64,000 nucleotides of DNA from Thermodesulfobacteriota bacterium (GTDB lineage: Bacteria > Desulfobacterota > Desulfobacteria > Desulfobacterales > C00003060), in assembly GCA_034189385.1 (NCBI GenBank), contig JAXHVD010000008.1, forward strand, positions 32,001-96,000. The letters are read 5' to 3'. Numbering within the stretch: position 1 is the first letter of the stretch; each line of letters begins with the position of its first letter. Position numbers and translations under genes: made by a program. Of this stretch, positions 1 through 9,815 are shown in pieces. The notes below the pieces were generated by a model that did no database searches, was not told the origin of the DNA, and was given only the letters and a program-made list of their open reading frames with translations.

Positions 1-654
1 AATACTGGGATTGTAGTCCTCTGTATCCTCAGCAATAGAGCGGCTGTGGCTCTGCACATGGCAGGACGTACACTTGCTCATGGTCATGGATTGGCGATGG
101 CCGTCCCTGGTCTCTTTTCGATAGTCAAATTTAAACTGCCCCCCAGGGATAAAGGGGAGGGCAATCTGGGTGCTGCTTTTGGTTTCTGTATGGATGATAT
201 GGTATTCGCTACCCATATCGTAGTCGGTATGATGGGTGATGACGTGTGGGTCGCCGGGCGAATACACAGCGTTGAGGTTATCCATCGGGTCATGGTCCAG
301 CCAGTGTTGAAAACGGTCGTATTCAAAGCTTTGCCTGACCATGCGTCTGAAATCCGCATCCAGATGGTATTGCTGCTCTTCGTCATCTAGAAAGTGGCCA
401 CCAATTCCAAAGTAATCATCGCCTTTGTTTCCAGAGAGAGAAAACCCGATGGTCGGGTGGAGGCCTTCGTCCATGACCTCATACTCTCCCACCTTCCTGC
501 TGTCTAGATCGGACGTTGCCACGGCCTCAAAGCCCGCTTCAAATTCAATCTCTGCCTCAACGTCTTCTGTAGCCGCCCAGGTTGGTGTTTGACCCCATAC
601 CAGTAAAAGCGCAATAAAAAGGCTGAGGCCTATCCATTTAATGTTCTTTTTCAT
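1..654 (-). CDS. Outer-membrane beta-barrel partner of the decaheme cytochrome (GSU2204-like CxxCH-containing/MtrB-like protein); 3' end runs off the window
   Basis: Not in ORF track. Translated by hand from ATG at 654: MKKNIKWIGLSLFIALLLVWGQTPTWA (signal peptide)...KVGEYE...FQHWLDHDP...GHRQSMTMSKCTSCHV; open to position 1; directly downstream of the decaheme gene. Confidence 0.8.
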   Translation of the reverse strand, partial: MKKNIKWIGLSLFIALLLVWGQTPTWAATEDVEAEIEFEAGFEAVATSDLDSRKVGEYEVMDEGLHPTIGFSLSGNKGDDYFGIGGHFLDDEEQQYHLDADFRRMVRQSFEYDRFQHWLDHDPMDNLNAVYSPGDPHVITHHTDYDMGSEYHIIHTETKSSTQIALPFIPGGQFKFDYRKETRDGHRQSMTMSKCTSCHVQSHSRSIAEDTEDYNPSI

Positions 655-701
655 GAGTGATTTTTCCCCCTTTCTTCAATAGAAACACGTTGCTCCACCA
701 A

Positions 702-1745
702 TTACCTGGTCAAGGCCTTGCCTTTTCCTGGTACGGCCTGTGACGGCAAATCAGAACCGTGAATCCTCGAGTGACACTGGGTACACTTGGTCGTCCAAGC
801 CCTCTTGAAGGCCAAACGGTCCGAGAGGTCATGGGCCTGGGCATATTTGGCATTGTTGTCCGGATTCACCTGGTACGTGGTGTACGGAAAGCTTTCATTG
901 CCCTTATAAGGAAATTCGGCCACAGGTGTATCCAAGTCTTCGTCCCAGCCGACCTTGCCAGCATGGAAGTGAAACTCGTGGCACTGGAGGCAAAGGAAGG
1001 GTTCATTCTGCGAGAGGAGATTGTTCGCAATGGTCCCATGGGCCGAATGGCAGATGGTGCAGTCTTCCACCACTGGTGCGTGCTCAAAGACAAAGGGGCC
1101 CTGCTTGGAAGCATGACAGGTCAGGCACAGGTCGTTTAGCCTTTCATCTGTCTTGAGACTTCCCACGGCAGAGCCATGGGGATCATGACAGTCAGAACAG
1201 CCCATCTTTCCTTCCCTGATGGGATGATGGGAAGGATATTGGACTTTGGCCTGGATGTCCGGGTGACAGCTGTAGCAGCCTTCAGGCTCTGCCTTGGCCA
1301 GCAGATGCTTGCCTGCCGGCGGGTGGACCTTGTGGCATTCCACGCAACTCACATTATTCATGTGGTGCTCGCTGCCGCCCCAGTGATATCTGGTGTGACA
1401 GTCCAGACAAATCCTAGACTGTTCGGCCGCGGTGAGCTCACCAAATGCGATAATGTCAGAAGGTGCCTCTGATTCAACGTGCAAACTCCCGCCCCCGTGG
1501 CACGTTTCACAACCTGTGCCCAGGCCTGCTGTTTCAAAAGGGGCGATCCTGCCGTGAATGGTTTTGTCAAAGGCGTTGCAGACCTCGTCATGACAGTCGG
1601 CACAGGTCTCACTGCCCACGCTTGTGGCCCCCTGTATGACGGGCAGGCACACCGCTTTGGGTGGCAAGGCCTGCTTGGCACACTGCGTGCCGGCAAAGGC
1701 CACCAATGATAGTAACAATAGAAACCAAGGAAACTTTTTCTTCAT
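702..1745 (-). CDS. Decaheme c-type cytochrome, DmsE/MtrA (GSU2203-like) family
   Basis: 10 CxxCH motifs (CADCH, CETCH, CLDCH, CVECH, CYSCH, CSDCH, CLTCH, CTICH, CLQCH, CTQCH); GPFVFEHAPV and IHGSD motifs; signal peptide MKKKFPWFLLLLSLVAFAG; GGAGG RBS before ATG 1745. Confidence 0.93.
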   Translation of the reverse strand: MKKKFPWFLLLLSLVAFAGTQCAKQALPPKAVCLPVIQGATSVGSETCADCHDEVCNAFDKTIHGRIAPFETAGLGTGCETCHGGGSLHVESEAPSDIIAFGELTAAEQSRICLDCHTRYHWGGSEHHMNNVSCVECHKVHPPAGKHLLAKAEPEGCYSCHPDIQAKVQYPSHHPIREGKMGCSDCHDPHGSAVGSLKTDERLNDLCLTCHASKQGPFVFEHAPVVEDCTICHSAHGTIANNLLSQNEPFLCLQCHEFHFHAGKVGWDEDLDTPVAEFPYKGNESFPYTTYQVNPDNNAKYAQAHDLSDRLAFKRAWTTKCTQCHSRIHGSDLPSQAVPGKGKALTR

Positions 1746-1999
1746 GCCCTGTTCCTCCTGTGTGGTTTGGGGTCGCCTCTCCTGGCGACAAACCACTAAA
1801 ATAGCTTTCTTAGGTTATTCCTCTTTCAGGCGAATCGGCTCTTCAGTGAGAAAGCTGGCACTGTTGAACCAGAATAAGGCCTAAAGTCTCTTGCATCTGA
1901 CCCGGCCTTCTTCGCCTCCTCTATTACTTAATTGTCATGCGACACCTTTTCGCGCTGCGGATATCACCTCCTTTCTTCGAGCATTACAACCATCGATCT

Positions 2000-2401
2000 C
2001 TATGAATGCCTTTGTTTATCGTAAAGGGGACCTGTCCCTTCTCCCTGGCGAGAAGACCGTGTGCCGGCCCGTCCAGGCATAAGGAATTTAGGGTCGTCCA
2101 GCTGATGAGACGCAAAGGCTGAAAGCACCTCTTCTACATCTCCGGCTATCCCTGTGATGACAGAAATTCCTGAGCTTTCCAATATGACGCGTAGGGTGTG
2201 GCTGATGCCGCCACAGATCAAGGTCGTAACCCCTGCTCTCTTGAGCAAGGAGACACGTTCAGATGAGGAAGGGTTCTGGAAAGGTAGGTCGGTTCTCTCT
2301 ATATCAGAACCATCTCCAGTGCGGATGACCAAGGCCTGGAGACAAGAGTCAAAAACCGGCGCAACCCGAGATCGAAACACGGGTATGGCAAATATGGCCA
2401 C
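2000..2401 (-). CDS. NifB/NifX family (Orp-like) Fe-Mo cofactor-binding domain protein
   Basis: AIPVFRSRVAPVFD...LICGGIS...VEEVL...FLMPG pattern. Confidence 0.82.
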   Translation of the reverse strand: MAIFAIPVFRSRVAPVFDSCLQALVIRTGDGSDIERTDLPFQNPSSSERVSLLKRAGVTTLICGGISHTLRVILESSGISVITGIAGDVEEVLSAFASHQLDDPKFLMPGRAGTRSSRQGEGTGPLYDKQRHS

Positions 2402-2638
2402 GTGATGTAAGTGCCCTTCGTTTCTTCCCCTGGCTATGGGAAACGGTGTCTCGCAACCCCATCAAATACTCGAAGCGGCACGTACTCATGTCCCCCGAAC
2501 AGAGTTCCGTACCTTTAATCCATGGGGCGTGTGACATCCCTCCGTGCCGCTTCGAGTAGGGTTGCGAGACACCCTCCAGGGGGGGGTAGCATGCCCCAGA
2601 ATTCTCGTATCCCATACAAGACTATTCTATTGTCAAAT

Positions 2639-2655
2639 GGCAAGATATGTGCCAA
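2639..2655 (-). promoter_or_regulatory. sigma-54 (-24/-12) promoter facing the NifX-like/decaheme/beta-barrel genes
   Basis: Minus strand TTGGCACATATCTTGCC = GG-N10-GC consensus, divergent from a sigma-54 activator gene. Confidence 0.8.
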
Positions 2656-2926
2656 TATAAAAAAAACAGGACAAATATATATAACTAGTTGAAATACAAG
2701 AAAATTTTGTTGCCTAATGGCGCACTTCCAGGCGGGTTGAGCAGCGGGTAATGGGGCCAAAATGAACCAGAGTAGCGTTCGCCAGGGAACAATGTGAACC
2801 ATGACCTTGATTTTGGCCACAGACCGTCATCTCTTGATAAAGGGCAGGAGAATTCGGTCATGAAGGTCCCCCTGTTTGCCGGGGATTCTTGGTTTCTCAT
2901 ATGTCTTACGGGCCGCGGAGAATGGC

Positions 2927-4267
2927 ATGACACGACCTAAGATGTCCGGCGCTGAACATCATCAGATCATCCTGAACAGTATTGCAGATGGGGTTTTCAC
3001 TGTTGATACCAAATGGCGCGTTACTTCCTTTAATAAGGCGGCCGAGAAGATCACGGGTATTCCCAGCGAAGAGGCCATCGGCCAGTTATGCTATGAAGTC
3101 TTCAGGGCCAATGTCTGTGAGTCAGGCTGTGTGCTCCGGCACACCATGAAGTGCGGCAGACCCGTTCGCAATATGCCGGTCTTCATTGTGCGGGCAGACG
3201 AGCAACAAATCCCTATCAGTGTGACTACCAGCCTCTTGAAGGACAGCACAGGCCGCATTGTGGGCGGTGTGGAAACCTTCCGCGACCTGACGGTCATCCA
3301 CGAACTCAGAAAGGAGCTGCAAAAACAGCATTCTTTTGGGGATATTGTCAGTAAGAATGAAAAAATGCGCAGCCTGTTTTCCATTCTTCCTCATGTGGCC
3401 CAAAGTGACAGTACGGTGCTTGTTGAAGGGGCCAGCGGTACAGGGAAAGAGCTCTTTGCCAGGGCGATTCACAACAACAGCGCAAGAAAGACAGGCCCCT
3501 TTGTAGCGGTTAATTGTGGGGCCTTGCCCGATACCTTGATTGAATCTGAGCTCTTTGGCTATAAGGCAGGGGCCTTCACGGATGCCAAGAAGGACAAGCC
3601 GGGCCGATTTGCCTTGGCCCAAGGCGGTACCATCTTTCTGGACGAAATTGGAGATATCTCCCAGGCTGTGCAGGTGCGCCTGCTGCGTGTGTTGGAACAA
3701 AAAGTCTATGAGCCTTTGGGATCTACCAAGGAGGTTCATGCCAATGCGAGAGTGATTACGGCAACACATCAAAACATGCAAGAAATGGTTGCGCAGGGAG
3801 AATTTAGGAAGGATTTGCTTTACCGTATCAATGTGATCAAATTGTCTTTGCCTTCCCTTTCGGAACGAAGAGAGGACATTCCTCTTTTGGTGGACCATTT
3901 TGTGGGACGGTTCAACCACCTGACAGGACAAGAGGCCCTGGGCCTGACCCAGGAGGCCATGGCCGCACTCATGCTTCACGACTGGCCCGGAAATGTCCGC
4001 GAACTTGAAAATGCGATAGAACATGCCTTTGTGCTGCGTCAAGAGGCACTCATTCGCCTGCGAGACCTGCCGGGCCACCTCGTACCGGAAGATCGTGCAG
4101 CAATTGTTCCCAGCGGTTTGACCCTGAAGCAGATAGAAAAACGTGCCATTCAGGAGGCCCTGCAACGAAATGATTGGAAAAGAGTGGCAACAGCCCGGGA
4201 GCTGGGTATTGACAAGAACACCCTCCGCCGCAAGATAAAGCGTCTGGGCATCATGGAAGCCCCTTAG
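2927..4267 (+). CDS. PAS-domain sigma-54-dependent activator, OrpR-like
   Basis: PAS domain with C-X8-C-X3-C (CYEVFRANVCESGC); Walker A GASGTGKE; GAFTDA; FLDEIG; WPGNVREL; C-terminal Fis HTH; GGAG RBS before ATG 2927. Confidence 0.9.
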   Translation: MTRPKMSGAEHHQIILNSIADGVFTVDTKWRVTSFNKAAEKITGIPSEEAIGQLCYEVFRANVCESGCVLRHTMKCGRPVRNMPVFIVRADEQQIPISVTTSLLKDSTGRIVGGVETFRDLTVIHELRKELQKQHSFGDIVSKNEKMRSLFSILPHVAQSDSTVLVEGASGTGKELFARAIHNNSARKTGPFVAVNCGALPDTLIESELFGYKAGAFTDAKKDKPGRFALAQGGTIFLDEIGDISQAVQVRLLRVLEQKVYEPLGSTKEVHANARVITATHQNMQEMVAQGEFRKDLLYRINVIKLSLPSLSERREDIPLLVDHFVGRFNHLTGQEALGLTQEAMAALMLHDWPGNVRELENAIEHAFVLRQEALIRLRDLPGHLVPEDRAAIVPSGLTLKQIEKRAIQEALQRNDWKRVATARELGIDKNTLRRKIKRLGIMEAP

Positions 4268-4703
4268 AGCGTTTTGCAGGGATCTGGTTAAAGGGAGTAG
4301 CGTCTTCGAGGTTCATACCAAACAGATATCTGAAGTCCCTCATCCTTATCAACCCCTTGAAATAACAGTCACAAACATGCCGAGGTTTCCGGGGAAGGGC
4401 AATGCTCTGGTTTGGGCCTTTTCCATGCAACGGGAGCCTCGGGATAGGGAAATCCGCTTCTCTTCGGCCTCCAATGCCTTTAGTAGCTGTGCAAAGATGG
4501 TGGGTGGCAATGGCTGTAGGCCTTCGTTCCGCGAATTTCCCATCCCTCTGTTGCCTAATTAGGGGGGCTACAAGTCTTGACACACCTACTATTGGTGGAA
4601 ACGAGGGGTGCGCCTCTTTTCAAGCCGTGAGGCGCAAACTTGAGCAGATATCTTTGGAGCCCATGATGAAGACGGTGGGGATAGGGGCCCTGCAGCGGTC
4701 TTT

Positions 4704-5348
4704 TCAACTCTTGTCAGGTATGCAGCACATGATCTTGGTCCTGCCACCAGGCATGGTGATCTTGTCAACACGGCTGAAATACTGGAGCAGCAACGTCCGT
4801 TCGTGTCTGAGGATTTCCATGGTTTTTTTCAGTCCCATGGAGAGAAGGCGCACATAGAAAAGGATGCGTATGAGCCGTTGCCTGGGGAGATCATGCTCCA
4901 TGATCAGAAATGGCCTGCCCGGTTTGAGTACCCTCACGATTTCATGGAGGGACTGTTCTTGCGTTTTCCCTTTCAGTTCGTAAAAGGCATAGCAGCATGT
5001 CACTGCATCAAAGATACTCTCTTTAAAGGGGACATTGGCAGCATCCCCTTCAACGAGGCGCACGTTGGCAAGGTTCCGGATCTTGGGTTTGGCTTTTTTA
5101 AGCATGCCTGTTGAGAAATCCATTCCCACCACTAGACTGCTACTTCCCACCCTTTTTTGCAGGTGAGACAGGGTCGATCCTGTGCCGGTGCAAAGGTCCA
5201 GCACTTTGGCCCCTTTTTTTGTCCCTACCTGGCCAGCCAGGAGGGCCCTCAGGGTTTCTTGCCTGTCCGTGGAGTGAAGGGCCACAAAGCGATCGTAGAT
5301 TCGAGAAAAAGCATCGTAATACTTCTGTCTAAATGTCTTCACTTGCAA
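4704..5348 (-). CDS. Class I SAM-dependent methyltransferase (UbiE/MenG-like)
   Basis: VLDLCTGTG motif I, GMDFSTGML, GDAANVPF, RVLKPG. Confidence 0.85.
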   Translation of the reverse strand: MQVKTFRQKYYDAFSRIYDRFVALHSTDRQETLRALLAGQVGTKKGAKVLDLCTGTGSTLSHLQKRVGSSSLVVGMDFSTGMLKKAKPKIRNLANVRLVEGDAANVPFKESIFDAVTCCYAFYELKGKTQEQSLHEIVRVLKPGRPFLIMEHDLPRQRLIRILFYVRLLSMGLKKTMEILRHERTLLLQYFSRVDKITMPGGRTKIMCCIPDKS

Positions 5349-5498
5349 TCCCTGGTGCGGCCTTGCTGATCAGGAGAAAATACTCATCGGTACACTGACG
5401 CCCGCGCTCCATTCCTTTTGAGGCCAGTGGATGGGCACCAACGTGTCCATCCACGAATGGCCATCTTACAGCGTCTTCCCTATGGGGCAGTATGGAGG

Positions 5499-5894
5499 TC
5501 ACGTCCTCAACACCAGGTGTCGTCGGGCCTCGCCCTTCTCGTATTCCTCCCGGACCCGTTTTGCATTGCCTTTCATGACCTCCACGGCGTCGCTGACCTT
5601 CTGGGTTCTGATAACCACGCAGAGCAGCTTTTTGAGCAGCCTTGGCAAGTTCGGCCCATAGGTCCTGGCTACCAGAACATGGAGCCCTTCAAGGGCGGCT
5701 AGGGTTGCCTGTGCCTTCTTTGGGTCACCGTGTCTCAGCGCCTCATTGCCTTTGTACTTGGAGTTGGTCCTGCGCTCTAAGAACTGAGCTTTGCCCCCAG
5801 AAAAGCTGTAGACGTCAAAGTATTTCGCCTGGCCTGCATGATCATTGATCATGTGCTCGCCATCGTCGGTACTGAAGCCAATCAGTAATTCCAT
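5499..5894 (-). CDS. NifB/NifX family protein
   Basis: MELLIGFSTDDG...HAGQAKYFDVY...HGDPKKA...YGPNL; start moved to ATG 5894, just after the upstream stop. Confidence 0.75.
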   Translation of the reverse strand: MELLIGFSTDDGEHMINDHAGQAKYFDVYSFSGGKAQFLERRTNSKYKGNEALRHGDPKKAQATLAALEGLHVLVARTYGPNLPRLLKKLLCVVIRTQKVSDAVEVMKGNAKRVREEYEKGEARRHLVLRT

Positions 5895-5919
5895 CGCGTT
5901 TCCCAAACGTCTTTGCCAT

Positions 5920-7278
5920 CTATTTCCTGAGCTTCTGCAGGGCCTGTTCTGCCGCAATGGCAATGGGTTCCAGACTCGGTTCAGAGGAGCAATCTGGATG
6001 GCCCGCACATATAAAGGTTGTCAGGTCGGCAATCGTTTTCTCTCCTAGAATCAGGGCGCATACGGCATCGATCTCCTTTGCCGGCGCCTGACTGTCACTG
6101 ATGATCTGGCCGCCGATGAGCCTTTGCGTCTTTTTGTCAAAGACGAGCTTAAGCGTCCAAGGCTTGGCCCCGCTGATCATTCCGTGCTTGCTCCTGGAAT
6201 CGACTACGGCACTAACTGTCTCAAACCCTTCACTGTCCTGGGCTTGGACTTCTGTCAATCCCGTTGCCGCAATGGTCTTGTCGAAAAGCTTGACGGCAGT
6301 GCTCATCAATACACCGGGAAATGCGATATCATATCCGGCCAGCCTCTTGGCCACAAGGCGTCCCTGTATCACGGCCGGACCGCGGATCTGTCCTGCAACG
6401 GGTTTCTTTGTAATAAAATGGGTCTTCTCCACGCAGTCGCCTGCGGCGAGGACATCAGGGTTTGACGTCTCCAAGAACTGGTTTACCTTTATGCCGTATC
6501 GACCTATCTCCAAGCCCATGTCGTTTGCCAACTCCAGATTTGCCCTCGCCCCTACGCCCACTATGACCATATCTGCATCCAACAGTTGGCCTGCGGCGAG
6601 CTCTACACTTGAAACGCGTCCGTCTTGGCCCTTGATCTTGGTCACTTCCTCGCCCATTTTCATGGTAAGGCCTTTTTCAACGAGGTATTTCTCAATATTG
6701 AGCCCCATCTCCGTATCTAACATGAACGGCAACGGATGGGCCCGCCGGCCAACGACCGTCATCTCATCATAGTCTGGCATGGAGGCTGAAAGAAGGGTAG
6801 CTGTCTCCAGACTGATAAAACCCGCTCCTATGAATACCAGTCTCCTGGGTTTGCGCTCATCAATGAAGGCCCTTATTCTTTCTGCGTCCGGCACCTGCCT
6901 CAGTGTAAAGACCCCTTCCAGATCGTGGCCTTCAATCTGAGGCACCACCTGTGTGGCCCCGACCGCCAGCACCATCTTGTCATAAGGGACCTCACTTCCA
7001 TCCGACAATGCTATCATCTTCTTTTGGGCATCCACGTGTGTTGCCCGGGCCTTTATGAGATTGATGTTGGCATTGGAAAACATCTCGTCAGGATTGGTAA
7101 TGGAGTCTGCCGTGGCCAGACCGGCCACTACATGGGGCAGGGCTCACCTTACAATGAATCGTTCCTCCTCGCTAATGATGGTCACATCAACTTCCGGCAT
7201 GAGTTTCCTGCTGAGCATGGCAGCAGGCCCTCCCACGCCACCGCGGCCGACAATCACCAGTTTTTCACCCTTTTCCAT
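5920..7278 (-). CDS. Selenocysteine-containing FAD-dependent oxidoreductase (CoA-disulfide reductase/NADH oxidase family), Sec at codon 45
   Basis: ATG 7278 with AAGGAGG RBS encodes the FAD-binding start (LVIVGRGGVGGPAA); in-frame TGA at 7144-7146 in FIVR-U-ALPHVV, the position of the family's redox Cys (C-x-LP-Y); second Rossmann fold FIGAGFISLE; LAAGDC; SECIS-like hairpin follows. Confidence 0.88.
7107..7140 (-). promoter_or_regulatory. Bacterial SECIS-like stem-loop
   Basis: 3 nt after the UGA: CUGCC-CCAUGUA-GUGGCC-GGUCU-GGCCAC-GGCAG (lower stem CUGCC/GGCAG, upper stem GUGGCC/GGCCAC, G-led apical loop). Confidence 0.8.
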
Positions 7279-7348
7279 GATGGCCCTCCTTTCGATCGTC
7301 ACGGCTTCCACACCCCTAACATTATTGGTATATGCTCATAATAAGAGA

Positions 7349-7377
7349 CAAATACCTGTTCTCTGGCACAGTGTCAA
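7349..7377 (-). promoter_or_regulatory. Putative sigma-70 promoter of the selenoprotein operon
   Basis: TTGACA-17 bp-TATTTG about 70 bp upstream of ATG 7278. Confidence 0.45.
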
Positions 7378-7608
7378 GTCGTTTGTGGAGGAAAAATCGT
7401 CTAGGGCAGGGTGTAAGATGAACCTGGCAAGAAAAACTGGAAAGTCGTCATTCCTCGGTTTGCCTGTCTCCCGATGTTGATCTTGGCACCGGGGAATCCA
7501 GAAAAAGAAATGGATGACGGAAATGGTAAGGCCTAGCGTTGCAAGAGTCGAGGATGCGGCAGGTCCAAGGCGTCGGCGGTGAGGCTTGAGACTATCATGG
7601 CTTCCTAG

Positions 7609-7903
7609 TGTCGTGTCTCAGAAGTCCTTCTAAAAAGTAGAGTGCCGCCTTTAAGCCATTTTCCGGGCTCCGTGAGTATTTCCGGGAGGTCAGCTTCGTC
7701 GCGCTGAATCATGCACGAAGTGGCTCTTTTCAAGCCGTCAGGCGCCACCGTTAGCGCTATAACTCTCCGCCGCGGCGGATCAAAGAGTTTATGATTCCTA
7801 ACGCTTCACTCAGCTGACCTCTGATTCCGAAAATACTCAATGTCGAACGTAAAAGGCTTTCGGCTGCACAGTGACCAATGACACTTATTTCTGGTTCATG
7901 ACA
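7609..7903. mobile_element. MITE-like element (~295 bp)
   Basis: Imperfect terminal inverted repeats TGTCGTGTCTCAGAAGT / ATTTCTGGTTCATGACA flanked by CTAG and TTAG; no ORF. Confidence 0.5.
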
Positions 7904-7965
7904 TTAGCACCTCTTGCCATGTCGTTTATGAAACATGAGGGTAACGCCACCGTGGAGATGCCAGA

Positions 7966-9372
7966 CTAAAACTTGAATATCATGCGCAGTCCCACCATGT
8001 CCTCATTGGTAAGGGACCCTTTTCCTCCATAGTTGTCGTCCGATCCAGTCCTGATTCCGTCTCGGTTTCCGTGGAGATGGACATAGTTTAGCTGCCAGCG
8101 GACCATCGGGTTCCATGTCCAGCAGAGTCCCAGGGTATATTCATTGACTTTGTCTGCACCTCTTAGGATGCCAGTGTCAAATAGGTTCTCATCGGTCTCC
8201 GTGTAAGTATACCGAGCCAGAACTTCCCATGCCCCTGTTCCTTTGAGGTGAACGGGATCAAAATTCTCCTTAGGCTTTGGCTGTTTCCACCCGAAGTTAC
8301 TCACCCTTTTCTGCTCGCCAGTGAGGAAATAGCTAATCCATGTGCCCCAAGAGGTCACATCACCATCTTCATCGGCGCCGGCTGCTGTCTCTATATCATC
8401 CCACCGTGTCACAAGGTACTCTGAACTTAGGCTGAACGGCCCAGCGATGTAATGGATCTCAGCCCCCCAGCGATCTCTGCTTCCGATTTCAGCATTACTA
8501 TCCAGCCACGTCCAGTATTTGTCATCTCTTACAGCAGCCCCATATCCTTTGTTTTCAAATCTCTTGGTCGAAACTGATTGTCTGCCAGTCGTTGCCTCTA
8601 AACATAGATTGAGCCCCTGGAGGAGGGAGTCTTCCCGATGCTTGAAGGGGGTGTAAAACAACCGAGCAACGTAGTCCTTATGATCGTCACTATCTCCTTT
8701 GTGGTAATCAAGCTCCATTCCTGCCCCCGTAAATCCGCCTAAATTCCAGGTGAGGGTCTTATCAAGGACATCTCCCCAAAGCCACCAACCCCGGTCAAAA
8801 TAGGTGTACATGGGTGTACCTGACATCCGTTCAAGGAAGTGAACATTATTGTCTGTGGTCCACCATGCAGTGCTAAAGGGCGGCTTCATCTGACCTGCAC
8901 GGAGGTGGAGCCAGTCTCGGAATTTGTAGTCAGCCCAGAAATTGCGGGCGTAAGGAGAATCAGCGAATTCTGCCTGACATCGGAAATAAATGTACTTATA
9001 CCACATGCCCTGAAAATCGAAACGGGCACGACGAACGTCGAACTGCGTCGGATTGTGACTGTTTCCACCATAAAACTTTGTGTCAAGATGTAGGTTCCCT
9101 CGAATCTTCATCCAGAAATTCTCGTCTGGCGTAGAAAGAAAAAAATCGTTTTTCCAAAAGGCAACAGCCGGGATGGCCTTCCTTTTCTGGATGATTTCAC
9201 TGGCCGCTTCGGTTTCGCTAGAGGTTTGCTTGACCTGCTCAAGCTCATCCTCAAGGGTCTTAATCCTCCTTTCAAGGGCCTCTAGTTTTTCGTCACTGGT
9301 TTCTCCCATGGCCGGCAGATAGGAGGTGCAGACCACTACGAGGGAAAAAAAGAGCACGATCCATTTTCTCAT
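7966..9372 (-). CDS. OprO/OprP-family (phosphate/anion-selective-type) porin
   Basis: Signal peptide, N-terminal coiled coil, FDVRRARF, RAGQMKPPFS, GAWEVLARY, C-terminal Phe (MIFKF). Confidence 0.85.
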   Translation of the reverse strand: MRKWIVLFFSLVVVCTSYLPAMGETSDEKLEALERRIKTLEDELEQVKQTSSETEAASEIIQKRKAIPAVAFWKNDFFLSTPDENFWMKIRGNLHLDTKFYGGNSHNPTQFDVRRARFDFQGMWYKYIYFRCQAEFADSPYARNFWADYKFRDWLHLRAGQMKPPFSTAWWTTDNNVHFLERMSGTPMYTYFDRGWWLWGDVLDKTLTWNLGGFTGAGMELDYHKGDSDDHKDYVARLFYTPFKHREDSLLQGLNLCLEATTGRQSVSTKRFENKGYGAAVRDDKYWTWLDSNAEIGSRDRWGAEIHYIAGPFSLSSEYLVTRWDDIETAAGADEDGDVTSWGTWISYFLTGEQKRVSNFGWKQPKPKENFDPVHLKGTGAWEVLARYTYTETDENLFDTGILRGADKVNEYTLGLCWTWNPMVRWQLNYVHLHGNRDGIRTGSDDNYGGKGSLTNEDMVGLRMIFKF

Positions 9373-9588
9373 TTCTTGCCTCCCTTTTCGAGCTAGTGTT
9401 AAGTAAAGCATCCTGTTTGGTATACTTCTTTAAAAAATGAGATTTTAAAAAGCCCTTTTGCTCTCTCCGTGGGCCTTTGCGCGTGCGGGCCTGAAAAGAG
9501 ACGGGCGCACTTAGCGTATTCGGCTAAAACACTGCACAACGTGGCTCTGTTCACGCCGTGAGGCGCTACCTACATAGCTGAAAATGAA

Positions 9589-9666
9589 TGCTGGAGTATT
9601 GGAGAAGGGTCGTGAACTCCTGGGGGGCTTTTCCATGCTTCACTTCCGTCACCCCAATACTCCAGC
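9589..9666. repeat. Inverted repeat in the porin leader
   Basis: TGCTGGAGTATTGG (9589-9602) / CCAATACTCCAGCA (9653-9666). Confidence 0.6.
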
Positions 9667-9815
9667 AGAAAACCGAACCAGAGACCGTCTCTGGGCACTT
9701 TTCGAAAAGCCAGACGCTGCTCCATTTTTAGGGTGTGGGTTTTCTAGATGACCCTCTAACGGTGCGATCGTCCCTGGGTTCCGATTCCATATGGGCGAGT
9801 TGAGAAAGAAGAAAC

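Noticed and set aside
3122..4165. 347-aa antisense ORF, and similar long ones such as 10003-10773, 29879-30604 and 33932-35005
   Set aside because: Shadow frames opposite well-supported genes, with no motifs of their own
4251..4857. Short ORFs between the activator and the methyltransferase
   Set aside because: No recognisable motifs; they overlap one another and a dispersed repeat; a decayed gene cannot be excluded
2000..5894. Nitrogen fixation inferred from NifB/NifX-family genes
   Set aside because: No nifHDK in the window; this family is common in non-diazotrophic anaerobes
7129..7278. Oxidoreductase as a nonsense-mutated pseudogene
   Set aside because: The stop is UGA at the catalytic Cys position, followed by a SECIS-like hairpin; the rest of the frame is intact
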